A DNA stretch of 56,911 bases from a virus (lineage: Duplodnaviria > Caudoviricetes): positions 1 through 56,911 of the IMG/VR virus record IMGVR_UViG_3300044541_000010; one strand, 5' to 3'. Positions 46,311 to 55,046 of the stretch are shown in pieces. The translations under genes and the position numbers were made by a program. How positions within the stretch are numbered: the first letter of the stretch is position 1; each line of letters opens with the position of its first letter. The notes beneath the pieces are model-generated. The model was not told the origin of the DNA, made no database searches, and worked only from the letters and a program-made list of their open reading frames with translations.

Positions 46311-46760
46311 ATGCCGATGTTCAAGCGTATCGTGCTGGTGCTCGCCCTCATGGTGGGTATCGGCATCGGGTCTCCGGTCGCGGCGGCCGAGATCCCGCCC
46401 GGCACCCAGTCGTGCCACTTCACGGCGTTTGACGGACTGGGCTGGGAGACCCACAACGGGACGACCTGGACGTTCTCCCAGGACTTCGTGAAGCCGGCCC
46501 CGGGGTGTTTCGATGTTCAGGTGAACCACGCCATCTGGCCGAACCTGTGCGGTGGCTCGTACCCGACGCAGATGGTCGTGCAGGTCGAGACCCGGAACTC
46601 CTCGGGGGGCCACATGGCGTGGGGGTCGCTGCTCACCGTCCATGAAGACGTGGCGGCCTACGTGATCCTGTGGCACAACATGCCGACCGGCCAGCACTAT
46701 CGGATCTGGTCGTCGGTCGGGAGTACGTGCTTCACGCAACGCGGAGACATCATGCACTGA
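46311..46760 (+). CDS. Secreted protein with signal peptide
   Basis: MFKRIVLVLALMVGIGIGSPVAAA; four Cys. Confidence 0.7.
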   Translation: MPMFKRIVLVLALMVGIGIGSPVAAAEIPPGTQSCHFTAFDGLGWETHNGTTWTFSQDFVKPAPGCFDVQVNHAIWPNLCGGSYPTQMVVQVETRNSSGGHMAWGSLLTVHEDVAAYVILWHNMPTGQHYRIWSSVGSTCFTQRGDIMH

Positions 46761-46770
46761 CGCACGGGGG

Positions 46771-46823
46771 GACGGAGCGGTGTGGACGTGGACACCCGAC
46801 GGGTTCGATTCCTGGCTCCGTCA
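46771..46823 (+). ncRNA. 53-nt mini tRNA-like structure lacking an anticodon arm
   Basis: GACGGAG/CTCCGTC acceptor plus discriminator A, GGTGT/ACACC hairpin, CGGG-TTCGATT-CCTG T-arm. Confidence 0.5.
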
Positions 46824-46843
46824 CGCGAGATACCATCGCACGC

Positions 46844-47236
46844 ATGACCGGTATTCGGATGGCCGGGCTGCTGCTGCTCCTGAAGATCAGCCGCCAGCTC
46901 GACCGGATGGAACGACGAGAGGAACTCAGCTTCATGAAGATCCAGGATGTGCTCGACCGCGCCGGGGTGTCCCTCCACCACCTGGAGGACACGGACCGCG
47001 AGCTGCTCGCGGAGATGGCGGCGATCCAGGAGGCCGGCGGCACGCTGACCCCCGACCAGGAGGCCCTCGCGAACGACGCGCTGGCCCGGATCGCGTCGCT
47101 GGACGCGGCCGACCGCGCGGCGATCGACGCCGCGAAGGCGGGCACCACGCCGGCCACGGGCGACGAGCCCGGTACCCCGGACGAGACGCCGACCACCGAC
47201 GGCTCGGACGGCACGGCGGAGACGAACGGGTTCTGA
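46844..47236 (+). CDS. Hypothetical coiled-coil protein
   Basis: ORF with strong codon bias; start uncertain. Confidence 0.6.
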   Translation: MTGIRMAGLLLLLKISRQLDRMERREELSFMKIQDVLDRAGVSLHHLEDTDRELLAEMAAIQEAGGTLTPDQEALANDALARIASLDAADRAAIDAAKAGTTPATGDEPGTPDETPTTDGSDGTAETNGF

Positions 47237-47260
47237 CCCGTTAGGCCGGACACCCGGCCA

Positions 47261-47302
47261 GAAGCACCCCCCGGCAACCTGCGACACGCCGGGGGGTGCT
47301 TC
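47261..47302 (+). terminator. Intrinsic terminator hairpin
   Basis: Perfect 15-bp stem GAAGCACCCCCCGGC/GCCGGGGGGTGCTTC. Confidence 0.85.
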
Positions 47303-47307
47303 ATGTG

Positions 47308-47336
47308 TTGACACGTGTTATCTCACGACGTACACT
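47308..47336 (+). promoter_or_regulatory. Housekeeping-sigma promoter
   Basis: TTGACA-N17-TACACT. Confidence 0.8.
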
Positions 47337-47369
47337 TCCCTCAACCGATTCCCGGGAAGGGGAAACGAC

Positions 47370-48248
47370 ATGAGCGCGATTCTCGCGAGTATGACCCGCA
47401 CCAACCTGGCGCACATGGCCGAGCAGGGGGCCACCGCCGAAGAGCTCCGCGCGTCCGAGCTGATGGACGCGGACGACAACTGGATTCACCCGGACACCGA
47501 GGCCGAGCAGTTGAAGGCGGCCGAGCAGGACGAGCTGTCCACCCGCCTCACCAACCAGTCGCGCAACGGTGCGGCCATCATCGCCGCGAACCGCGCGGCC
47601 GTCGCCGCGTCCGGCATCAAGGTCGAGCCCAAGCCCGAGCGGTTCTACGGGTCGGGCACCGACGACACCGAGCCCATGCGCCCCGGTCAGATGGGCCTGT
47701 TCTACCGGCTCCTGAACGAGCTGCGCACGCACAACCCCGACCGGGAGTCCGCCGCGCGGGTGTGGTTCGAGTCGGTCAAAGCCACGCTGACCAAGCGCCA
47801 GTGCTCGGCCGGCATCGACCGCCTGCGCTCGTACCTCGCGGCCCCCGCCAACGCGCCGACGATGGCCACGGCCCCCGGGGGTGTGGTCGTCGTGCCCGAG
47901 CCGGCCCCCAAGGCCGTCTGGGACGCCTTCACGGACGTGCCCAACGGTTACTACGCTGTCCGGGACGCGAAGGTGGAGGGGAAGATCCACTACTACCGTG
48001 TGTCCCGGTCGAAGTCGGGCCAGTACGTGAACATCCAGGAGATGGCGTCCGACACCCTGTACCCGGTGCGCCCGTGGAGCCGTGCCATCGAGATCCTGAA
48101 GATCATCCGTGAGCGGGGTCCGGAGACGGCCGCTATCCTCTTCGGGCGTACGATCGGTCGGTGCTGCCGTTGTGGCCGCACCTTGACCGACGCGGATTCG
48201 CGTACTGCGGGCATCGGCCCGGATTGCGCGGGCAAAGGGATGTTCTGA
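47370..48248 (+). CDS. Protein with C-terminal DUF6011-type zinc finger
   Basis: CCRCGRTLTD..S...GIGPDC. Confidence 0.75.
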   Translation: MSAILASMTRTNLAHMAEQGATAEELRASELMDADDNWIHPDTEAEQLKAAEQDELSTRLTNQSRNGAAIIAANRAAVAASGIKVEPKPERFYGSGTDDTEPMRPGQMGLFYRLLNELRTHNPDRESAARVWFESVKATLTKRQCSAGIDRLRSYLAAPANAPTMATAPGGVVVVPEPAPKAVWDAFTDVPNGYYAVRDAKVEGKIHYYRVSRSKSGQYVNIQEMASDTLYPVRPWSRAIEILKIIRERGPETAAILFGRTIGRCCRCGRTLTDADSRTAGIGPDCAGKGMF

Positions 48249-48451
48249 TGGGTGAAGACGTACGGGTGCCGGGTCAGCTCCTTGGCCCGGCACTTGAACG
48301 CATGACGTACGCCGACGATGACTCGGCGCACGACGAGCTGGAGAAGTTCTGGGAATGGGTGGCCGCGTTCGTCGCCACGTTCCCCGGCCTGTACGATGAT
48401 CTACCATCGGCTTTCCGCGAACCGGGGACCGATGCGCTGCGCAACAACTGA
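48248..48451 (+). CDS. Hypothetical protein
   Basis: TGATG overlap. Confidence 0.5.
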   Translation: MGEDVRVPGQLLGPALERMTYADDDSAHDELEKFWEWVAAFVATFPGLYDDLPSAFREPGTDALRNN

Positions 48452-48503
48452 CCGAGCAATGCCCCCGCCGTCGGAGGCGGACACAACCCGAGGAGTTCTA
48501 GTG

Positions 48504-48938
48504 ATGGACACAAAGCAGGTGGCCGCTCTGATCGGCACCGACCCGCGCACGTTGCGCCAGTTCCTCCGCTCGCCGTCGTCCACCTTCGTGGCCGTGGGGT
48601 CGGGCGCCCGGTACGACTTCACCGAGCGGGACGTACCGACGTTGAAGCGCAAGTTCTCCGAGTGGTCCGGGGCCGGTAAGGCGACGCCGGCCACACCCGC
48701 ACCGGTCCGCCGCATCCGCACGATCGTGCCGACGTCCGAGGAGGCCACGCGAGAAGCGCAGCGGAAGAAGGACGAGGAGGTGTGGGCCGAAGAGGGACCG
48801 ATCTTCATGGAGGACATCCGTGACGCCAGGGTCCGGGCACGGGTGCGCCGCGATGCCGAGGACCGGGAGGCCCGACTGATGATGCTGCTCATGTCGAAGG
48901 GCATGCACGTCATGCAGCGCGGGGACCGCAAGAAGTGA
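48504..48938 (+). CDS. HTH DNA-binding protein
   Basis: MDTKQVAALIGTDPRTLRQFLRS...GSGARYDF. Confidence 0.75.
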   Translation: MDTKQVAALIGTDPRTLRQFLRSPSSTFVAVGSGARYDFTERDVPTLKRKFSEWSGAGKATPATPAPVRRIRTIVPTSEEATREAQRKKDEEVWAEEGPIFMEDIRDARVRARVRRDAEDREARLMMLLMSKGMHVMQRGDRKK

Positions 48939-48967
48939 CGCACGACTGACCCGAGAGGCTGAGAACG

Positions 48968-49546
48968 ATGATAATCGATATGGACCGGATCAAGCGGAGG
49001 AACCGTCGCATCCTGGTGACCTGGGTTGTGCTGATCGGGCTGGCCGCCACGTTCCTGGCGTACCGCATGCTCGACGCCGAGCAGCACGCCAAGCCCCGTC
49101 AGCACGCCGTAGGCGTCACGATGGGCGAACCCGTGCCGATTCCCACGGTGGTGCCCCTGGGCGGCTCTGTGGCGTTCCAGGCGGCGCACGGGGCCATGCG
49201 GATGATGGTGGGCGGGGTGCGGCGCAAGTCGAGCTGCGGCCCCGGTGATCCTCCGGTCCGAGCTGGGTATGAGTTCTTGATCGTGTACCTCTACGTCCAG
49301 GTCACGTCCGGGCGGGTGAACACCGACCCGTTTGAGTGGTCGTTGGACCAGGCCGGGGTCGACGTCCCGCAGTCGTTCGCAGACTGCACCGAGACGGCTG
49401 GGTCCGGCCGGTGGCCGCACGACGACGGCCTGATGTACGGGGTGGCCATGCCCGGCATCGTGGTCTTCGAGATACCGCGCGGCTCGGCGGGCACGGTGGT
49501 GTGGTCCCCCGTGTTCTCCCCCGTGGCCACCTGGGGCTTCTCCTGA
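48968..49546 (+). CDS. Membrane-anchored protein (DUF4352-like)
   Basis: N-terminal TM; GYEFLIV.L.V, G.VVFEIP. Confidence 0.6.
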   Translation: MIIDMDRIKRRNRRILVTWVVLIGLAATFLAYRMLDAEQHAKPRQHAVGVTMGEPVPIPTVVPLGGSVAFQAAHGAMRMMVGGVRRKSSCGPGDPPVRAGYEFLIVYLYVQVTSGRVNTDPFEWSLDQAGVDVPQSFADCTETAGSGRWPHDDGLMYGVAMPGIVVFEIPRGSAGTVVWSPVFSPVATWGFS

Positions 49547-49763
49547 CGGGGTCCGGGTGGCGCCCGGAGGTCTCCGGCTTACCCTAGGGTAGAGCCCGTA
49601 GGCAAGACGCCGCAAACTCCTCGCTGGACCTCAACCTTTCGTCGTCGAAGACGAAGACGAACGGATGAGGGTTTCGCCTTGCGCCGCACCTCCGGTTGCC
49701 GTAACGTAGTCTTCACCGGGGCGGTATCGGAACCGCCCGGACACGCAACCCGAGGAGAACACC

Positions 49764-50303
49764 ATGATCGACACCACCGCTGCCGCGACCTGGATGACGA
49801 CCAACAAGGGCAACGAGATCGAGATCGAGTTCAACAACGACACGATCGTGACCGGCACCGCCGTCTCGATGAACTCGAAGGGCGTCAACATCCGCGTGGA
49901 GGACAAGGTTCGTTCGTTCGCCCTGGCCCGGATCGTCGGCCTGGTGTGCGAGGACGCCCTGCCGGGCTTCACCTCCCTGATGGACGACGAGCTGACCGCC
50001 GACGACATCGCGGACGGCGAGGCCGAGATCGACGCGGACGACAACTGGATTCACCCGGACACCGAGGCCGACTACATCGCGGACATGAAGGAGTCGGGCG
50101 AGGTCGACCTGACCGACATCGACACATCGGCCACGTTCACTACTGCCGAGGTGGCCGCGCGGTTCGCCATGACGGCCAAGGAACTCCGGGTCCAGCTCCG
50201 GGCGTGGGGCATGGGCGTCGGCCAGGGCCGCACGTACGCGTTCGACGCGGCCGACCTGGTGACCATCCAGACGAAGCTCGCCGAGAAGGCCGAGCAGGCC
50301 TGA
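49764..50303 (+). CDS. Two-domain protein with C-terminal HTH
   Basis: FTTAEVAARFAMTAKELRVQLR..GMGVGQGRTYAF; GAGGAG RBS. Confidence 0.7.
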   Translation: MIDTTAAATWMTTNKGNEIEIEFNNDTIVTGTAVSMNSKGVNIRVEDKVRSFALARIVGLVCEDALPGFTSLMDDELTADDIADGEAEIDADDNWIHPDTEADYIADMKESGEVDLTDIDTSATFTTAEVAARFAMTAKELRVQLRAWGMGVGQGRTYAFDAADLVTIQTKLAEKAEQA

Positions 50304-50397
50304 CCGAAAGGATGAGGCCCCGCCTATTGCGCGGGGCCTTTTCCCAGCGTAGACTTGGTTTGTGGGTCGAACGGCCCACACGAACCGAGGAGGATCG

Positions 50398-50661
50398 ATG
50401 AACACGATCAACGACCACCGCGCCGCGCGACACGCGACGTGGTCTGTCCCGGACACCTGCGCGATGTGCGCGGCCGTGGACGCCATTCGGCTGGCGATCG
50501 TCGCCCGTGACGAGGTTCTGGCACTCGTCCTGGTCGGCGCGATGGCCCCGCTGATGGACCGGGCGGACATCGACGTGATGGACGTCTGGCTGGAGGACCA
50601 CCCGGAGGAAACCCACCGGGAGATCATGACGGCGATCCGTCACCGGTCGGACCTCATGTAA
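50398..50661 (+). CDS. Hypothetical protein
   Basis: GAGGAGG RBS. Confidence 0.65.
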   Translation: MNTINDHRAARHATWSVPDTCAMCAAVDAIRLAIVARDEVLALVLVGAMAPLMDRADIDVMDVWLEDHPEETHREIMTAIRHRSDLM

Positions 50662-50677
50662 CACCTGCTCGCGAACT

Positions 50678-50708
50678 GGCCTCGCCTTCGGGCGGGGCCT
50701 TTTCGTTT
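50678..50708 (+). terminator. Intrinsic terminator
   Basis: GGCCTCGCC-TTCG-GGCGGGGCC-TTTTCGTTT. Confidence 0.85.
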
Positions 50709-50883
50709 GCCTCGTACGCCTCCGGCGAAGGCCGAGACGTACCTAGGGTAGGCCCCTCGGCACGGTCTCCGTGGCGGGCTTCTCAGGACCAACCGAAAGG
50801 TTGAGGCCAAAACCTTGCGCCGAGGCGAAGGGATGCGATAGGTTATTGACATCGGAACGAACCACACGGACAGGGGAACGAAA

Positions 50884-51234
50884 ATGGCGAAGAAAATGTG
50901 CATCATCTGCGGTCGGCGGAACGCGACCTCCGCGAACGGCCCGGACATGAACGACATGTGCGACCCGTGCTACACCGAGGCGGGCTGGGAGAACACCCAC
51001 TCGGACGGCGGACACGACGAGATCAACGCCGGGACGTACGTCAACGCGGACGAGAAGATCTACATGGAGAACTGCTGGATCTGCCACCCCGAACTGAACA
51101 AGGCGAAGGCCGAGGCCAAGACCGGCCACACGAACACCGTGGCGAAGTCGTACACCTCGCACGCATCGTGCAAGCACCCGGTGACCCCGAAGGCCCGCGC
51201 GGCGTGCCGCAAGGCCGGTGGCCCGAAGGCGTAA
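50884..51234 (+). CDS. Multi-Zn-motif protein with C-terminal HxxCxHPxTP..R..CR module
   Basis: CIIC, CDPC, CWIC, SHASCKHPVTPKARAACRK. Confidence 0.75.
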   Translation: MAKKMCIICGRRNATSANGPDMNDMCDPCYTEAGWENTHSDGGHDEINAGTYVNADEKIYMENCWICHPELNKAKAEAKTGHTNTVAKSYTSHASCKHPVTPKARAACRKAGGPKA

Positions 51235-51437
51235 CACCTCGCGACGACACGGCCCCCTCCGGGGGGCCTTCGTCGTAGACGGGTCCGGGAAGGCCAGGGT
51301 GTACCTAGGGTAGGTCACGTCGGCCGAGAGGCGCACGGAGGCGCACAGGCCGTTGTGCCAAACGGCTGACACGGAGGCCGAAGGCGCGTAACGTGGTGTG
51401 TGCGGGACCTTCCCGCATTCGCCCGAGGAGGCACACC

Positions 51438-51761
51438 ATGACCGACAAGGTTACCGAGATCACCGAGGCGATGGTAGTCGACGCCGTCACCCACGAGCCG
51501 GTCCTGGACCTGGACCCGATCCAGATCCCGCGCATGAACACCGTCGTTCGCGGCATGGCCGACTCGCACGACCAGACCACGGCCGATCTGGTGCTCGCCT
51601 GTGGCGTGTACCGGGCCGAGACCGAGCGCCGGGTGTCGGTGGTGTGGTCGGACACGCGTGACATCGTCCAGGCGGTGTGCTCGCGGTGCCACAACCTGCA
51701 CCCCATCGCGTGGCTGGTGCCGACGCCGGCCGGTCTGATGTGCCAGGCGCACGCCGACTGA
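51438..51761 (+). CDS. Hypothetical protein
   Basis: GAGGAGG RBS. Confidence 0.65.
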   Translation: MTDKVTEITEAMVVDAVTHEPVLDLDPIQIPRMNTVVRGMADSHDQTTADLVLACGVYRAETERRVSVVWSDTRDIVQAVCSRCHNLHPIAWLVPTPAGLMCQAHAD

Positions 51762-51828
51762 AAGGTTTGACCGAAAGGTGGAGGTCCCGTCCTTGCGGCG
51801 GGACCTTCGCGTAGGTTAGATTGACGAC

Positions 51829-52083
51829 ATGGAAACCTTCGAAATCACCCCGGTCGGCTCGACCCGTTCCATCACCGTTCGCGTCGGCTCGGTCGTCATG
51901 GTTCGCCTGTCGGGCAACCCGAACGCCGTCCGCGTGACCGTGATGACCGTCGACGTCATCGAGCACGACGAGCTGGGCGAAGAGATCGTCATTGGATGGA
52001 ACGACGGCAACCAGTCGGAGAACCTGTTCGGCATGTGGCCCTCCACGTACGCGAGCAACATCACCGCACTGGTGACCGCCTGA
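51829..52083 (+). CDS. Hypothetical protein (probably leaderless mRNA)
   Basis: ATG 6 nt after TAGATT -10. Confidence 0.7.
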   Translation: METFEITPVGSTRSITVRVGSVVMVRLSGNPNAVRVTVMTVDVIEHDELGEEIVIGWNDGNQSENLFGMWPSTYASNITALVTA

Positions 52084-52150
52084 AAACGTGAACCGAAAGG
52101 ATGAGGCCCCGGGCTTGCCTGGGGCTTCCTTCGTAGGTTAGGTTGTTGAC

Positions 52151-52486
52151 ATGACGAACCGCATTGACCACACCGGACACACCCACCCGGCGACTTCCGC
52201 TGGCCGTGCGATGTGCCGTCGTGGCGTCGATGCGGGACGGTTGACGCTGGTCGAGGCCTGGAACGACATGGAAACCTACGGATGGGTGATGACCGATGTC
52301 ATGATCCACCTGATGACGAACTGCGTTTCGACGTTGAACGGTATCCTTCACGGGTATGGCTCGCAGGCGGAATTCAAGGCGATCCGGCGACTGGTCGACA
52401 TGGGTTACCTGTGGGAGACCGAAGACGGCGACACGTTCTGCGACACCGCCGGGTATGAATGGCGCCGTGCGAACGGCGTCGGCTGA
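52151..52486 (+). CDS. Protein with N-terminal His/Cys module (probably leaderless)
   Basis: IDHTGHTHPATSAGRAMCRR; ATG 6 nt after -10. Confidence 0.7.
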   Translation: MTNRIDHTGHTHPATSAGRAMCRRGVDAGRLTLVEAWNDMETYGWVMTDVMIHLMTNCVSTLNGILHGYGSQAEFKAIRRLVDMGYLWETEDGDTFCDTAGYEWRRANGVG

Positions 52487-52536
52487 ACCACACCACCGGG
52501 GCCGATCGGACGGTCCCCAACCGAGGAGGCAACACC

Positions 52537-53268
52537 ATGGCACGTAACATTCTCTCCACCCTCCGCGCGATGCTCGCCAAGGCGGAGGACCCGGCCTGCA
52601 CGCCGGCCGAACGCGACGCGTTCCTGGACAAGGCGCAGGCGATGATGACGGCCCACTCCATCGAGTCTCACCAGTTGGGTGTGGCCGACCCCAAGCTGCG
52701 CGAAGGCATCGTCAAGGTTCGCCTGCTCGCCACCACCGACAAGGCCACGCTGTTCATCAAGGCCAAGCGCGAGCTGCTGTCCGGCCTGGCGGAGGTCAAC
52801 CAGTGCCGCACCGTGATTGGTGCCGGTCGCGCGTGGCTCGACGTGATTGGGCACGAGTCGGACGTGGAGATGGTCCAGATCATGTTCGCCTCCATCATGA
52901 TCCAGTTGCAGACGGCGCTCGCGGCCGCTGAGCGGGCCGGTGAGGTCGCTGGACGCACGTCCCGCGTGTCGTACGCCCACGGGTACGTCCGTCGCGTCTA
53001 CGCCCGTCTGACGGCCGCGAAACGGGCTGCCACGTCCGGCACCGACACGCCCGGAACCGCGCTCGTCCTCGTGGACCGCACGGCGCTGGTCTCGGCCGAG
53101 CTGCCCGAGCTCTACCCGAGCCTGTCGAACCGCACCTTCCGGTGCACCGACGCGGCCTACAACGACCCCAACGCGTTCCGCACGGGCGACCGTGACGGGC
53201 TACGCGCCGACCTGGGCGGGAACGCGGTACGGTCGAGCGACAACGACCGGAAGGGAATCGGGTCATGA
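52537..53268 (+). CDS. DUF2786-domain protein
   Basis: LRAMLAKAE....TPAE..AF..KAQ.MM..HSI. Confidence 0.8.
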   Translation: MARNILSTLRAMLAKAEDPACTPAERDAFLDKAQAMMTAHSIESHQLGVADPKLREGIVKVRLLATTDKATLFIKAKRELLSGLAEVNQCRTVIGAGRAWLDVIGHESDVEMVQIMFASIMIQLQTALAAAERAGEVAGRTSRVSYAHGYVRRVYARLTAAKRAATSGTDTPGTALVLVDRTALVSAELPELYPSLSNRTFRCTDAAYNDPNAFRTGDRDGLRADLGGNAVRSSDNDRKGIGS

Positions 53269-53513
53269 ACGTGTTGCGCGCATCCACCTGGCGCCTGGTG
53301 CGTCACGAGCTGTGGCTGTACGTGCTCGCCTTCCGCGACATCTTCGTCACGGACTGATCGCAACGGCTCGGCACTCCGGTGTCGGGCCGTTTCAGTAGGC
53401 GTGTGTCCGCTGAGGTGACGCCCTAACAACCGAACGGATGAGGTCTCCGGACCGAGCACGCGGTAGGTTGGGTGTGTGGTCGATGACGGCCACGCGAACC
53501 CGAGGAGAATCCC

Positions 53514-53912
53514 ATGATGGTGAACGCCAAGCTGGTGGCGTACCTGACCGCGTGCATGCGCGAGGCCAAGGACGCCACGTCCACCGTGGAATGGATGGAG
53601 GTCTGCCCCGAGTGCGGCCACATTCCGCAGACGTACGACACCGAGCACCTGATCGTGGAGGTTGGCGACGTCCCCGACGCGCCGGAGAACATCATGGCCG
53701 TGGTCGTGGCGTGCGAGGGCTACTACGCGGTCGACCCGGCGAAGCTCGGCCTGGCGGCCGACCACCCGAACTGGATGGCGCCCGACGCGGAGGTCTTCGT
53801 CGGTACGGCTACCGTCGAGTGCACCTGCGATGGCGCCGACGGTGAGACCGGTGTGCACCTGCCCACGTGCCCCGCCGCGACGGTCGGGCCGACGAAGGAC
53901 ACCCTGCGGTAA
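53514..53912 (+). CDS. Hypothetical protein
   Basis: GAGGAG RBS; VVACEGY. Confidence 0.65.
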   Translation: MMVNAKLVAYLTACMREAKDATSTVEWMEVCPECGHIPQTYDTEHLIVEVGDVPDAPENIMAVVVACEGYYAVDPAKLGLAADHPNWMAPDAEVFVGTATVECTCDGADGETGVHLPTCPAATVGPTKDTLR

Positions 53913-54005
53913 GGTTGACCGAAAGGATGAGGGCTCGGCCTTGCGCCGGGCCTTCGTCGTAGGTTATGTTCTGGGTGTTCACCCCTTCAACTCCCGGAGG
54001 ACACC

Positions 54006-54236
54006 ATGACGACCCTCATTCACCTCTCGTCCGTTGCGGCGCAGTTCATCCGCGTGGGCGAGATCATCGAGCGCCACCACGGCCACACCTACCGTGTCGT
54101 CGGCCGCCCGTTGCCGGAGGGTACCGCGCCGGGTCGGGTATCCCTGGTCGCCTACGACCTGGAGGACGAGGCACAGACATTCGTCCTTATCACGATCACA
54201 CGTGACGTCATGGTCAAGACGTACGACGAGATTTAG
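54006..54236 (+). CDS. Hypothetical small beta protein
   Basis: GGAGG RBS, flanked by cassettes. Confidence 0.65.
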   Translation: MTTLIHLSSVAAQFIRVGEIIERHHGHTYRVVGRPLPEGTAPGRVSLVAYDLEDEAQTFVLITITRDVMVKTYDEI

Positions 54237-54300
54237 GTTTGACCGAAAGGATGAAGCCCTCACCTTGCGTGGGGGCTTCTTCGTAGGTTAGGTTGTTGAC

Positions 54301-54678
54301 ATGACACGCATCGACCACACCGGACACGGACATGACGCAACGCCTGCGGGCCGCGACCTCTGCCGCAAGCTGAAGCTGTCGGTGCGGCCGTTCGTGACGA
54401 ACCACACCCACTACTCCGGATACCTGATCCAGGCCTTCAATGCGGCTGGCCAGCTGATCGACATGGACGCGACGCCCGAGGGCGAGTCGTTCCACGTGGA
54501 CACCACATCGGCCGTGGTGTGGGTGTTGAACAACCTGCGCTATGGTGTCCTGCACGACTGGGACGCGGAGACGCACACCGTGCACGCGATTCGCACGATC
54601 AAGGTTGTCCACACGACCGGGGGCAAGCCCGAGGTTCACCGCATCGCCGCTGACGGCACGCGGACGATGGAGGTATGA
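54301..54678 (+). CDS. Protein with N-terminal His/Cys module (probably leaderless)
   Basis: IDHTGHGHDATPAGRDLCRK. Confidence 0.7.
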   Translation: MTRIDHTGHGHDATPAGRDLCRKLKLSVRPFVTNHTHYSGYLIQAFNAAGQLIDMDATPEGESFHVDTTSAVVWVLNNLRYGVLHDWDAETHTVHAIRTIKVVHTTGGKPEVHRIAADGTRTMEV

Positions 54679-55046
54679 CGGTGGCCACGCACGCGGGTCA
54701 CGGGCACCCGGCGACACCTGCGGCGCGTGCCGCGTGTCGTCGCGGTGCGAGCCTGCCGGCCAAGGTCCAGGCGATCATCAAGCTGGCGGAGTTCCATGGC
54801 ATGACCGTGGTGTCCGAACTGAAGGACCCCGACCGGTGGACGCGTGCCCACGGGATCCTGGACCTGGTCAACCCCAACGATCCGTCTCCTACGCGCCTGT
54901 GGGTGTTCTGGTCGGTCAACGCGGACACCGGGCGACTCCGTCGCTCGGCCGTGGTGTATCACTCGTACTCGGGCAACACGAAGAAGGTGCACATCGGCCA
55001 GCTGTGGTCGTGGATCGTCACCCTGGGCAATCGGAGGAACCAATGA
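54675..55046 (+). CDS. Protein with N-terminal His/Cys module
   Basis: THAGHGHPATPAARAACRR. Confidence 0.7.
   Translation: MTVATHAGHGHPATPAARAACRRGASLPAKVQAIIKLAEFHGMTVVSELKDPDRWTRAHGILDLVNPNDPSPTRLWVFWSVNADTGRLRRSAVVYHSYSGNTKKVHIGQLWSWIVTLGNRRNQ

Larger units (their letters stand above)
49657..54300 (+). repeat. Eight dispersed terminator/promoter cassettes (CCGAAAGGATGAGG, hairpin with TTGCG, -10 TAGGTT)
   Basis: Copies at about 49657, 50304, 50793, 51771, 52093, 53430, 53919, 54243; -35/-10 spacing 17-18 bp in seven copies. Confidence 0.85.

Noticed and set aside
46183-46823. Calling the tRNA-like elements functional tRNA genes or an attP
   Set aside because: No 7-nt anticodon loop in canonical geometry, and no integrase in the genome
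49657-54300. Repeats as a CRISPR array or hammerhead ribozymes
   Set aside because: Spacers are whole genes of variable length, there is no cas operon, and the CUGAUGA core is missing; the promoter geometry explains them better
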